A stretch of 64,000 nt of DNA from Hormiphora californensis (GCA_020137815.1 CM035351.1:2914001-2978000), one strand, 5' to 3'; shown: positions 47,347-60,749, counted from the first letter of the stretch. Translations and numbers: made by a program. Notes: generated from the letters alone by a model not told the origin.

Positions 47347-50300
47347 ATGGGATCTCTTGAACAACAGATGGCCCTCTTCGAGGAGCTGATTTCCCAGGAT
47401 CAGGGCCCCACGAATGGAATCCTGGTACCGGGGGGTATCCGGGGTCGACCCCAGCCTAGCCTTGTTAGTATAGCACCCTTTGTCCCGGGACACTCAGTTG
47501 TAGTTTCACGTCCTGTAGGTATCATATCGACTGCTGGCGGCTACCCCGGAGGACCTGCTGGAGGACCCCCGGGTGTTGTGTCGAGGAGTTTGATTCCACA
47601 ACCGAGGATGGCCGTACATGTCCAACCTTCCCACGGTAAGAGATGATTGAGGGGATGTGGTAGGGGGGGGGGTTGTTGGTATGTGGTTAGCTTGGTTACG
47701 AAATAACCCGGGAATAACCACTTCGCTGAAAAGGGAGAGGTAACTTCGTTACCAAATGTCCAGCCTTCTCTTGGTAAGGGGAAGAGTGGGGGGGTTAGTT
47801 TGTAGATAGATGTCCTTGGGATCAAGTATTTAGTTTGTAGGGAGGGACAAGTACATGGTGTTGCGTGTGTAGACTGTAGAAGAAGACAAAAGAAATGCAA
47901 ATTAGCTCTCTAACATTTCCCTCCCTCAGTGACGCCGCCCATCAGCTCCATACCCCTGCCGACAGGAGATATAATTCATCCATCCCGCCAAATCCAGCAT
48001 TCCGCACCTCCCCCGGGTATTAGCGAACCACCACAGAAAAGTAAGTATCCCCAAAATATCACATTTTACACCCGCATGAGAGAGACTGTGTGAACAGTAT
48101 TAATATTTCACAATTTTCAGAGCAAAGGATAGTACCGCCTCTACCAACACACGATGGGGCTAATGATGCGGCACTCAAAGCGGCCATTGCTAAAGCGGCT
48201 GCAGCAGCCAATGCAACAAACACCCGAAATTATGCTCTACCTAAGATCGGGGATGATGGTTTTGCAGTTGCGAACCAGTACAAAACTCGACCGTCGTAAG
48301 TTCTCCAGCTGCCACGTTTTGGTGCTTCGCTGGGAATATAATACAGATCGACATTTCGACATATTCCTGTGATGGGAAAGTTTTTTGGGGCCCTCCCTTG
48401 TCCCGCTTTGTCATGTCGTATAGACGTAGCACGCGAGACACATATTCTTACTTGAGTGTGCCCGGTAGACATTTGATCCGCGCGCGCAACAGAACCCAAC
48501 TATCCATCTCACGTCCCATTTCCCACACAGGTTCCCAGGTCCCAGTGGAGGGCAGGCACCAGGGCCCAGCCGAGGTCCACCACCACCCCCTCCAGCCTTC
48601 CATGCACGACCTCCTCCTATGCCCCCGATGCCGCCTCACAACCTGCCCCCTCCAGCGCCCTACCACCGACCCATCCCTCCCCCACCCCTGCCGAACCCTA
48701 AGGAGGTTCTGGCACAGGCGAAAATGGCGGGGAAGGAGATTAAGAAAAAGAAGCTAAAGAGCAAAGATAAAAAAGTTATGAGGACGGCAGCGGGAGATGT
48801 TTGGGATGATCCTAGTCTGTTGGAGTGGGAAGACAACGATTTTAGGTAAACTTACTACTAAGATTGCAAAATTTACAATATACCAATATTATTTGTGATA
48901 TGTTTACATAGCGCTGAATATCCCTGTCTTCATTTCAAGTAGAAGGAGACAATCGGGCCCATATTTGTGGGACTAACCCCTATTTATGGGACGAATAATA
49001 TATGCTATATTTTGTTATGTTCTAACCCTCCGGGGCCCGGTGAAATGCTATTAACAATATTTCACCCCGATATATTCTGGCCACCCCGAATTCCGTTCTG
49101 CATATAACATATTTTAGACCAAGCGAGTTATCCCTGTGATTTCTAAACCATGTCTGATATTTTTGCCAAGAAAAGATCCAACAGCAATGTTGGATTACTT
49201 TCAGCCCAACTGTATTGTGGAGGGCTACATCATACTAAATAAGACAGCCAAGTTGCTCTTGTACAAATTGAAAAACTCAAAATGTTACAAATTTATAGCG
49301 AACCATATAATAATTTGCCTAGCTAGACTCTGTTTCGTGCGCCCAAATGTAAAGGAGGGTTAGAACATAACAAATACTACATACTATGTGATCATAATAC
49401 TAGCGTTGGTAACGCAATTACCCCTACATTGCGGGCACGCTAAAACGTGCCTTACTATTGCAATGCCCTATGCAGAGGGGTAATTTCGTTACCAAATACT
49501 AGCGCTACTACTTGTTAAAAAAGACTGTCTGTATTCGCTACACACTGCAGTCTATGCAGCACACTCAGTACCGCACGTGTCATTGTCTGTGAAGTGAGAT
49601 CCACTCTCCATCTCATTCTTTACTTCGTACCACACCCCGCTGCATCCAATATCACCAAAGGCAAACTCCTGGATATCGGAATATCTCTCCGCACATTCGC
49701 CCACTAGTTGTTGCCTCCAGTGCTCTTCCCCGCTAATGTAGAGAATCAGCTCGCTGCCCTCGAATGCCACGCTCCAGTCGAATACACCTTCACCAGCCAA
49801 GGGTTTGGGTAGGGGTCGGGGTGTTCTGCATTTTACACACCCTGTCAGGAAGATTCCTTTGCGATTAAATCGGAAGGAGCCAATCATATCGCCGTTGTTA
49901 TCAAAAAAGTAGATCGTGTTGAGGGCCACCCACTTGATTTGAGATGTAACACGCATTCCCTTGCTGGACGTGTCAGTAAGGTCGTGGGCCACCCGACATT
50001 TATCATCAGCACACCAGCCACACTCAGCGGTCCAGCAATCGCACGTCTTCCGTGGAGTCTCGTCCGTGAAGGCTGGGGGAAGGGTGGGAGGTGCTGTCTC
50101 GGATGTGTCAGGGACTGTTGGAGGCTCAGTTTCAGGGACCGTTGGAGGCTCAGTTTCAGGGACCGTTGGAGGCTCAGTTTCAGGGACCGTTGGAGGCTCA
50201 GTTTCAGGGACCGTTGGAGGCTCAGTTTCAGGGACTGTTGGAGGCTCAGTTTCAGGGACCGTTGGAGGCTCAGTTTCAGGGACCGTTGGAGGCTTAGTTT

Positions 50301-53300
50301 CAGGGACCGTTGGACTCCAACTTGGGACTGTTGGTGCAGGTATAGTTGGTGGGCTTGGTAAATCATCCTTGTCAACTGAACGCCATTCGCCGCCAGCCAT
50401 ATATCGAACGTTGACATCACCCAAATCTTGGTCTAAGAACATATTACAGATTCTGTTTCGAGGGTCCATCTCCACATAGAACTCCAGTTGGTCATAACAG
50501 TACAGATTCAGACGGTCCCCCTTGACGAAGTTCCATGTCCAAATCTGGATATCTTCCCCTCCACAAACTGGTTCAGAAATGTAATTCTTCTTGACGCACC
50601 GGAAAAAGTCAACATCATCAGCATTTGGGTCGTTATAAAGCTTCCACTTAGCATCCAGCATTATCCGGAGATTAGTAAATGTCATAGACAAGGCCTTGAC
50701 TTCATTCTGAAAAAATAAGTTTGATTTATTTGTCTCGTGGCCGCAAGTATTTAGAGAGAAGAAGGGAGAAATAGAGGGAGAGATCTAAGAGGGAGAGAGA
50801 GTGAGACAGAAACAGAGACAAACATACCGCATGAGTAGCGTCGTGGTCGGTTCCCTTAACATTGTGTTGCCAGTTAGGTCGAAGAAGGGTCCTGTTGGTC
50901 CTAAACTGTAGGTTCCTCTCCAAAAAGTTATGCTCAATTGGGAAGTTGATGTTGTTGGTAATTTCCTTCCACTCTCCATCGATAAAGAATTCATCCCCGG
51001 CAATTGCGTACCCAGTCAGGGCGAGAATGAGAATTAAGGACAACGGCATATTAGAAAGAGTTATTATTTTCCGGCAGGGGACGGACCTTATATAATAATT
51101 AAAGTTTGCAAGGAGTGCAGCGCTGGGAAAATATGTCACGGGAGATCATGAATTATCTCATAATATGCATCAGTCATCGGGATAGATGTTGATGTTATCG
51201 GCCAAATATGACAGCCAAGTTGCTCTTGTACAAATTGAAAAACTCGAATTATTTATAGCCAATCATATAATACTTTGCCTAGCTAGACTCTAAATACTAC
51301 ATTATTCAATCATACAAATAGTTAAAAAAGACTGTCTGTATTCGCTACACACTGCAGTCTATTCAGCACACTCAGTACCGCACGTGTCATTGTCTGTGAA
51401 GTGAGACCCACTCTCCATCTCATTCTTTACTTCGTACCACACCCCGCTGCATCCAATATCACCAAAGGCAAACTCCTGGATATCGGAATATCTCTCCGCA
51501 CATTCGCCCACTAGCTCTTGCCTCCAGTGCTCTTCCCCGCTAATGTAGAGAACCAGCTCGCTGCCCTCGAATGCCACGCTCCAGTCGAATACACCTTCAC
51601 CAGCCAAGGGTTTGGGTAGGGGTCGGGGTGTTCTGCATTTTACACACCCTGTCAGGAAGATTCCCTTGCGATTAAATCGGAAGGAGCCAATCATATCGCC
51701 GTTATTATCAAAAAAGTAGACCGTGTTGAGGGCCACCCACTTGATTTGAGATGTAACACGTATTCCCTTGCTGGACGTGTCAGTAAGGTCGTGGGCCACC
51801 CGACACTTTTCATTTGCACACCAGCCACACTCAGCGGTCCAGCAATCGCACGTCTTCCGTGGAGTCTCGTCCGTGAAGGGTGGGGGAAGGGTGGGAGGTG
51901 CTGTCGTGGATGTTTCAGGGACCGTTGGAGGCTCAGTTTCAGGGACCGTTGGAGGCTCAGTTTCAGGGACTGTTGGAGGCTCAGTTTCAGGGACCGTTGG
52001 TGGGTCAGTTTCAGGGACTGTTGGAGGCTCAGTTTCAGGAACTGTTGGAGGCTCAGTTTCAGGGACTGTTGGAGGCTCAGTTTCAGGGACCGTTGGTGCA
52101 GGTGTAGTTGGTGGGCTTGGTAAATCATCCTTGTCGGCCGATCTCCATTCGCCCCCAGCCATATATCGAACGTTGACATCACCCAAATCTTGGTCTAAGA
52201 ACATTTTACAGATTCTGTTTCGAGGGTCCATCTCCACATAGAACTCCAGTTGGTCATAACAGTACAGATTCAGACGGTCCCCCTTGACGAAGTTCCATGT
52301 CCAAATCTGGATATCTTCCCCTCCACACACTGGTTCAGAGATGTAATTCTTCTTGACACACCGGAAAAAGTCAACATCATCAGCATTTGGGTCGTTATAA
52401 AGCTTCCACTTTGCATTCAGCATGATCCGGATATTGGTAAATGTCATCGCCAAGGCCTTGACCTCATTCTGAAAAAAATAAGTTTGATTTATTTGTCTCG
52501 TGGCCGCAAGTATTTAGGGAGAAGAAGGGAGAAATATAGGGAGAGATCTAAGAGGGAGAAAGAGTGAGACAGAAACAGAGACAAACATACCGCATGAGTA
52601 GCGTCGTGGTCGGTTCCCTTAACATTGTGTTGCCAGTTAGGTCGAAGAAGGGTCCTGTTGGTCCTAAACTGTAGGTTCCTCTCCAAAAAGTTATGCTCGA
52701 TTGGGAAGTTGATGTTGTTGGTAATTTCCCTCCACTCTCCATCGATAAAGAATTCATCCCCGGCAATTGCGTACCCGGTCAGGGTGAGAACGAGGAATAA
52801 GGACAACAGCATATTAGAAACTAAAGCGGAATAAAGAATTGTTGTTTTCCGGCAGGGAACGGTCCTTATATAATTTGCAAGGGGTGCAGCGCCGGAAGAA
52901 TATGTCACGCGAGATCACTGTTGCCACTCCCACTTTCGTGATCTCTCTCCTGCAGGGCGGGGAATCACTGCGGAGAGGGGTATGTGACGTGTTATCTCAT
53001 AATATGCATCGGTCATAGGGATAAATGTTGATACTACCCTATGAATTTCCATGACTTCATTTGATTATCACAGCTCATGAGCATAGGGTTCCATTTAGAA
53101 CGGATAAATGTGTGTCGCAATGCCTGCTGATTTAAAAGAGGGTGTTGCACAATTACACAATGACGTAACGTTTACGTAAGCCCCGGAAACTCCGTGTTAG
53201 CGTAAGTGAATTTCGTCATTCAAGAGTGATGGGGTGCTGCTAGTAGCAGTCTGGTACCGTGACTGATTCCCGTTCTACATTACACGTTTTTTTTTTACCA

Positions 53301-54000
53301 CTCAAGTTACCTCCAAGAATCAGAAATTTCTAAACCCTGTTTGATCTTTGAGCAATAAGTGGAAAATATCAACCGGTTGAATAATTTCGGCATTCACCTG
53401 GGTCTTGGAAAGATACAAAATTACCCCATGGCAATAACCCTCCTAATTAATTATCTCCATCTAGTTAATTATCTTCATCTACTGTGTGTTTTTAAATGAC
53501 TGAGACTGTTCAAATCGACATAGCGTCAAAAGTTGTGAATATTTTGCTCTGAAATTTTAGGACAAGGTAGATGGCTACCTGCCATTTATTGTACTCGAAT
53601 TTCAGCAAAATCGGTCGTTCCTGAATGAACCTGTAGCCCAAAAACCTCCTCTAACTTTGAGCGCTCAGATCTCTGCAACCTGATGAGGTAGAGAGCTCAA
53701 ACTTTCACAATATGTTCATTAGACAATTTACTGCTTGGTTTGGCGATATCTTTTTTAGTTCCTTCGCAGGAACACGGCAAAGTGGTGTAAGTCGGCCTAA
53801 TTGGGAGCATTTTTGCACTCAGGTATCACGTATCGCGTGTCTTACTGGGGGTAATCAGCCCCCAGCCATGTGTCACACCGATTATGTATTGGAGTGTGGT
53901 AAAGTGTGGCGCTTCGCCAGCAGACGTGATCATAGTGTCCGAAATCGGTCACAAGCTGAAATCCAGACAAACTTTTCTAATTCTCTCCCTTTACATTCTG

Positions 54001-54032
<32 letters not shown>

Positions 54033-54063
54033 CTCTCTCTCTCTCACTATCTCCTCTCGTCGC

Positions 54064-54096
<33 letters not shown>

Positions 54097-55160
54097 ATGA
54101 CGAAGAAGATGTGACTCTCTTCCTTTCTCTCTATTTCTCTCTCTCTCTCTCCCTCTCTCTCTCTTGTCATGACGAAGCGCCACGCTCTACCACAGCTAGT
54201 CACGTGACCTTGTCAACGATTTCAGACACTATGATCACGTCTGCTGACGAAGCGCCACACTTTGCCACACTCAGAACCAATTACAGAATCGGTGTAACAC
54301 ATGGCTGGGGGCTGATTACCCCCAGTAAGACACGCGATACGTGATACCTGAGTGCAAAAATGCTCCCAATTAGGCCGACTTTCACCACTTTGCCGTGTTC
54401 CTGCGAAGGAACTAAAAAAGATATCGCCAAACCAAGCAGCCAAAAGTTGGTAAATTGTCTAATGAACATATTGTGAAAGTTTGAGCTCTCTACCTCATCA
54501 GGTTGCAGAGATCTGAGCGCTCAAAGTTAGAGGAGGTTTTTGGGCTACAGGTTCATTCAGGAACGACCGATTTTGCTGAAATTCGAGTACAATAAATGGC
54601 AGGTAGCCATCTACCTTGTCCTAAAATTTCAGAGCAAAATATTCACAACTTTTGACGCTATGTCGATTTGAACAGTCTCAGTCATTTAAAAACACACAGT
54701 AGTTAATTATCTCCATTTCAGGATATTTGTGGGTGACCTGGGTAATGAATGTAACGATGAAATGTTGTATCGAGCGTTCTCCAAGTACCCTAGCCTCCTG
54801 AAGGTCAAAGTGATACGAGATAAGCGGTCTAACAAGACGAAGGGATTCGGTTTTGTTAGTTTCAAAGATTCAAACGACTATATCCGAGCTATGAGAGAAG
54901 TTAATGGTGAGTAATAAATACCCGGGTTCTTTTTTGTAAGCAATGCGGTGCAGTGGATGGACCCGGTTTTTGTTTTCTGCCCATTTTCTCCCACTAATAA
55001 AATCTTTTACTAATAAAAGAAAGTTAATTTTCCTATTTTTGCAGGGAAATACATTGGCAACAGACCATGTAAACTTCGAAAAAGCTCGTGGAAAGATCGG
55101 CAATACACCGTGGTGAAGAAGAAAAATAGTGAGCGACAAAAACTGGGACTTAAAATTTAA
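47347..55160 (+). CDS. RBM42: RNA-binding motif protein 42; 6 exons
   Basis: Pro-rich N-terminus; RTAAGDVWDDPSLLEWEDNDFR|IFVGDLGNE..VIRDKRSNKTKGFGFVSF..GKYIGNRPCKLRKSSWKDR. Confidence 0.95.
49552..51049 (-). CDS. Secreted two-domain Cys-containing protein with (PETEPPTV)x8 linker, copy 1; exons 51049-50828 and 50706-49552; nested in RBM42 intron 4
   Basis: Signal peptide, phase-0 GT-AG intron, 24-bp tandem repeat, upstream TATA-like TATATAAG. Confidence 0.85.
51359..52812 (-). CDS. Tandem paralog, copy 2, with (PETEPPTV)x7 linker; 2 exons
   Basis: Near-identical to copy 1 including intron and flanks. Confidence 0.85.
53479..54702. mobile_element. Foldback element with ~460-bp near-perfect inverted arms and CT-rich core
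   Basis: ctactgtgtgtttttaaatgactgag... / ...ctcagtcatttaaaaacacacagtag; flanked by ttaattatct(c/t)cat on both sides. Confidence 0.9.
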
Positions 55161-55444
55161 TAAACAGCGTTTCAATAATCAACTCAGTATTATACAGCAT
55201 GAGGCAAGGGTATCGGTCTAATTGAAGGAGGACAATAAGTTGGTATTTTAAAAACTTTCTCTCACTCTGAGATCAGGGCTCCATAAATTGTGTAAATGCT
55301 GATTGTGTTACCTTACAGAACTATCTCATTTTATAAACCAAGCTATTTATTGCCAGCCGGTCTTCCAAACATGTCAAATTCCTCATTTTCTGAAAATGAT
55401 TTACTTACCTGCTTTGTCTGTAACTTTATTGACTCATCTTTAGT

Positions 55445-57628
55445 ATGGGTAGAAAGATAAAGAACAGGCCTGATCATGGGGGAAAGAACCAGTATCAGGA
55501 ACTAACTGTCCTGCTCCATCACATACAGGTTAGGTATTATGATCAATACAACTACTGAGATGTTTGATAGTGGTTTGATCGTTTGTAGCAATTTTATTAT
55601 TGATCCAACCACCCTCGAGAAAGAGGCTGGCCAGGGGGCGCTGGCCCGCGGCCAAAGTGGTCACGTGACTATTGATACGTTAGAGTGTCTTGCTGGTCTC
55701 CTTGCTAATACATTCCTCTTCCCTATGCTGTAGGACCAAAGAGTACGGACTAGCCAATCAATGAGTAGTATCTCCAAGCTGTATGAGAAACACGGTAGTG
55801 AACAACGCAGCATTCCTTCCTACAAAACACGATTAAAAAGTAGGTGCAGTTAGGAGTTGATTATCAGACTCAAATTACAAGTCCTCCAAGTACAACCCAG
55901 GAACCGACCGAAACCAATCAGAACTCGTTATTTAGGTCACGTGACTGGTTATCAGCCAATCAGGGACCAGTATTTCCTGATTTGGTCGGTTCCTGGTACA
56001 ACCAGATCTAATTTCATTCAAGTTGATCACCTAATGGATAACACTATCTCTATCCCACCAGGTCTGTTGAACAACACAATCTGTGAAACACAGCAAGAGG
56101 TGGAACTCATCCAGAAAGCACTAAACAAGATCTCCAAACTCAGTACAAACAGACAACCTAGTGCCAGTGCGGCTGGAGCATCAAATGCAGCCTCTTCCTC
56201 CTCCTCAGTAAAACAGACTGGCCAGCAGCACAGGAAGACCATGAGACGAGGGCTGTTCATGACCATGTTACAACAGAAAGCGAACCAGTTGCCGGTGTGG
56301 ACGGGTAGTAAGTCGGAGCAGCCCCCGCCTCTAACGGGCACGGTGGCAGCAGATGGGAGTTATATTTGCAATCCGGGGGAGGATGTGGCAGCATTGTGCG
56401 ATGGGGTTGAGGATGATAATTGGATCCTTGCGGAGGTGTATCTACACAACAATAACACCAACAAATACCAGGTAAGGGACCAGTTACAAAATTGAAAACT
56501 GATATCGGTTTCCAGGTCCTGGTTTCCACTAGCAGTACTGACACTAGGGGGGGTGCTACTTTTATTTAATGCAATTCACATCGATCACGTGATCGAAAAT
56601 GTTGCACACACTCGCAGCATGGTTCACCAGGAGTGTCCCAGCTGAAAACCTGACGCCAGTTTCTGCCACCTGATGTCAGTTTTTCTAATTTGTAACTGGA
56701 GCGTAATGTAGGGTGTGTTACAGTTACTGCTTGTTACTCAACAACTGTCCACCTCCCCGGAGATATCTCCCTATCTACAGGGTGTCCCACTGTCTTCGCG
56801 TGACAATCACAGGTCACGCAAAAACTGTGGGACACCCTGTACTATTATTTAGTCTCCCTACATGCACATTTCATTACCAACTCTGATTCCCAGGTGAAAG
56901 ATATTGATATAGAGGAAGATGAGAGAGGTGATGGGGCAGGGAATCACACCCTCTCCCGACGGAGAGTCATACCCCTCCCTCTGAGGAAACTAAACCCATC
57001 GACCCATGGTCACCTGTTATTCCAGGCTGGCCACAAGGTCCTCGCCCTCTACCCACAGACAACGTGTTTTTATCCTGCTACCATTCATCAGTAAGTTTCT
57101 CTATCTCCGCCTCTTAGTCAACAAGCTCTATAATACTACCAGTTGTTTCTCTTGAATGTTATACAACAATGAACGTATGAAAGTTCATTGTATCTAGGGG
57201 TCATTGTCCCGGCCATTATTATAATAGTGCAGGGTGGGCCCGGCCATTATAATAGTGCAGGGTGGCCCCCACTTCTTAGAATAGAGCTACTACCAGCTCA
57301 GCGTTGTAACACTTCCGGCCAGTTGTGCAATGTTTATTCTATCCTTGTCCCATGATGCGTCCCTGGTGCGTCACAGATTGCTATTCTTTGGGCGACTGAG
57401 GTCGATCATTGATACTGCAGAACATTCTACATGTTTGTTAGAATGTGATCAAACAATACATCAACTTTGATTAACCATGCCCCCCCCCCCCCCCTCAGGC
57501 CACCGAAAGGAGAGGAGGATGAATACCAAGTAATGTTTTTCGATAACTATTACGCTGAGGGGTATGCCCCACCCCTACCCGTGCCCCAGCGATACGTCCT
57601 GGAATTCAGAGACAAAAAGAAAAAATGA
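55445..57628 (+). CDS. SGF29: SAGA complex factor 29 (tandem Tudor domain); 5 exons
   Basis: MRRGLFMTMLQQKA, NWILAEV, TLSRRRVIPLP, VLALYPQTTCFYPA, YAPPLPVPQRYV. Confidence 0.95.
55898..55995. mobile_element. 98-bp hAT-type MITE with 8-bp TSD GTACAACC
   Basis: TIR CAGGAACCGACC / GGTCGGTTCCTG; GTACAACC at 55890-55897 and 55996-56003. Confidence 0.9.
56480..56699. mobile_element. MITE-like element in SGF29 intron 3
   Basis: ccagttacaaaattgaaaactgatatc / gatgtcagtttttctaatttgtaactgg imperfect TIRs. Confidence 0.65.
56778..56839. mobile_element. 62-bp mariner-type mini-MITE with TA TSD
   Basis: TA|CAGGGTGTCCCAC ... GTGGGACACCCTG|TA. Confidence 0.8.
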
Positions 57629-58857
57629 AAGAATTTATTTTAGATTGACTTTGAGGATTGTTGATAATTGTGTGAACTCGTTTTAATTTATTTTGAGATA
57701 ATTTATTTCATTTATGAAACGGAAACTATGATTATTGTTATGACCTTGCCAAGCTGGCAGCAAACGCGTAGAATTAGAAACCTGTCTGGTGCCGTCAGAG
57801 CTGTATGGCGGCGCCATACCCCATTTGATTCTCTTTGATCTGAGCGTGCGACAGTGCGCAGGCGCTCAGATGGGTCGCGGCGTCAGAGACCGTTTTGATT
57901 CTCAAAAATCAAAATGACAGTGCGATCAGATCGGGTAGGCGGTGCCATACAGGTCGATACTAACGTCCGCGTCCCTGTCAGACCAATGCTCTGACAGCAA
58001 CGTCCAGATCTGGCAGGAGCCAAATTCTGTTGGTTAATTCCTCGCGCGAAAGTTCGCATAGTACGCTGCAATTTAGTGGCGCGCGCAAAAATGTTTTAAT
58101 TTTGAATCGCATTTTATATTTCAAAATAAAATGTCGACCGAGCAGTGTTTTTTTTCTCTCACTTCTGCTTTCGCCTTTTCTGGCCTACTGGTTTTACCGT
58201 TTTAATCTGTAGTCTGCACTGAGAAATTTTTCTTCTGAGCACATTCGAGCTGTCTGAAGAAACTTTGACGAGAAGAGCTCATTTGCCGACCCCCAAAATA
58301 AGACTTTTGTCTTTTTGAAATTTGAGGATTGAGGGATCATCAAAAGTAGAGACTTTTGACCACTGTCTCAGTTCTTAGTACTGGCCGTACTCTTAAATAA
58401 CTTCTTCGAGTCTTTCCATCAATTTTAAAGTCTTGAGATAAAGCGCTCTTAATCGAAGAGATTCTACGTGAATTAATTTCTGTAAACACCGTTTCGAGTG
58501 CTGGTGATTGCACAACAAAATATCAGTGGCTTTCTTATTCTATATAATCTGTTACAAATGATTTGACGTATATATATTTCCATAATATATACATTTGTTT
58601 GCTTGCTATTCGTTTCATATCGTTCCGTTGGTCATCAATATTGTGTTTTACCATTATGATACTGACATTAACACTTCTCCAGGTCTAGGATGTGTGGCGC
58701 TGGTGAGACTAGTGATTGAGAGAGAGAGATAGAGTAAGTACCAAGTCTATAACCCCCCCCCCCCCAGATCCGTAACACTTTCCTAAAACAATTCTCTTCC
58801 AGGTGCCAAAAATACTCGCTGACGCCGCCTAACACAATCCCCTCTCTCTCCCAGGTG

Positions 58858-60749
58858 ATGCATTCTGATAAAAGATTCCTATACCACCTGATAATCAGTC
58901 AACTATATAATGATGGGTTCGGGACACACGCGAACCTGTTAGAGCAGGCGACGTTCAGTTCCAACAGATCGATACTCCCCTCTGACCGGCTCCACCAAAT
59001 GCTCTCCATGTGTGCTAAGACTGTCCGAGAAGTGGACAGTTTCGTCGATAACTTCAGTAACAGCACATTCGGTAGGTCGACTTTTGCACCAGGTGTCTGC
59101 CTCGAATATATATAATATGCAATATTTATATGAAGATCTGGGGTGTTGAGTTTCTAATTCGACTTAGCTCATTCGGCATTGCCAGGTGCTATTTTCGAGT
59201 TTTGAAATAACAACCTCATCGGGTTTGCAATACACTATTCCCTGTCGATATATTAACCTTTCAATAATATATTGCGGCTTTATAAACCAAAAGGTTCAGC
59301 CTCATGGACAAGTGGTCATTTATTTTATTGGGTTGAATTGCTGCACTATAATAACCCTTGCACTTTTACAGTTAAGTAACTATACTGCCTAAAATAAGCC
59401 AAAGGACCGACCACATAGACATATGGTTGATTGCCTAGCTCGACCCTCTTTTCGCGAGCTCCACGAATGTAAACTGTAAAGGGAGGGTTAGAAGATAACG
59501 AATGGTTGATGTGTTCTAAATGAGGTTCTAAATTTACCCATATTTTCAGGAGGCGAGAGCGAAACAGATGTCCAGCCCATCACCGATTTTTCCCTGGAAA
59601 AGGTGACGCAAAGATCCCGGCTATCCTCTGTAAAAAGGAGCTCAAGTAATAGTAACGGTCGACCGAAGCAGCTGAGAACGAGTCCTAGCATACTGTTTAG
59701 TGGAATGTCCTCCTTGCCCTCAACAGGTATCGCAGACACACCCCCTGTCCTATCCACAGATGCCGGCTACAGCAGTCCCCCGCGGAGCCTCTTTTCCGGA
59801 GGATTCAACAGTGCCGTCCCTCCCGTCCCACCACCCCCATCCCTTCCCGAGGTGTCGACCCCCAGTTCCCAGGTTGATGCCATGACGGTACTCCAGCAGA
59901 TGTTCAAGAGACAGAAGGAGGGATTCAACCATGCCGTTGTAACGACGACGGTACCCAGCCAACTAACAAACACGGGGGAGGGGGTGCGGCTTCCAGAGAA
60001 ACCTTTAGAAGGACTCACTAGTGGCATGTTAACCGCCACTCGAGCCTTTTCTCCAATTTCGACAGAGCAAAAAATTGTCAGATCACCTAACTCAACCTCT
60101 GTTGATTTTAACTTACCGAGGTCTGCATTCTCACCAACGGTGAAAATTCGGCAGGAGAGTCCAATGGATGTTAGGGGGGACGGAGGGCCTCCAGTGAGCA
60201 GCCCACCCCAGCAGGTGGTTACCAGTGAGCCGGAGCAGGCAATCGAAGAAGAAGAAGGAACAACTAACAGTGCTGCAGCAGAACCGGAGGTGAAAGGAGA
60301 GCCAGTGGCAATACAACCACCGCCCAGCAATGATTCAATGGATCGAGATGAGAACTTTAGCCGGATCCCGGAGGAGATCCCGGAGGAATCGGATAAAATG
60401 GAGATGATGCCACAAAGTCCAGATGAGATCCTAAACCAGCTGGACTCCCTCAACCAGACGGATTTTGGTGCCATCCAAAACTTTGCAGATTCCCTCTCTA
60501 TGATAGGGACACTACAGGATAACAATTTGGCGGGCACCCTCGCCTCATCCCTCAACCTCTCTGGACTAGGTGCTCCTGCCGGCTCCTCACCACTAGTCCC
60601 CAACCTCGGAAGTATCATGGGCCAGTCTGGCAAGTTGCTCGGTCGTCTGGAGGACAACAGTCCCAGTATGCTGAATATGGTGTGTAACAGCAGTGGATCA
60701 GCAGCCGCCCTCAAGTCACTTGGAGTGCCATCAGGACCCGTGTCAGGAG
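58858..60749 (+). CDS. Partial gene: CSTF1-dimerisation-like N-terminal domain plus long S/P/E-rich disordered region (exons 58858-59091, 59550-60749); probably continues beyond the window
   Basis: FLYHLIISQLYNDGF..ANLL...PSDRLHQML resembles the CstF-50 N-terminus; phase-1 junction; donor g|gtaag at 60750. Confidence 0.7.

Noticed and set aside
50100-50310. 24-bp repeats or the 321-bp array as a CRISPR array
   Set aside because: No unique spacers, eukaryotic context, and the 24-mers are coding
59767-60714. Long antisense ORFs (315 aa here; also 10535-11038, 49961-50479)
   Set aside because: Shadows of low-complexity real exons with no independent protein features
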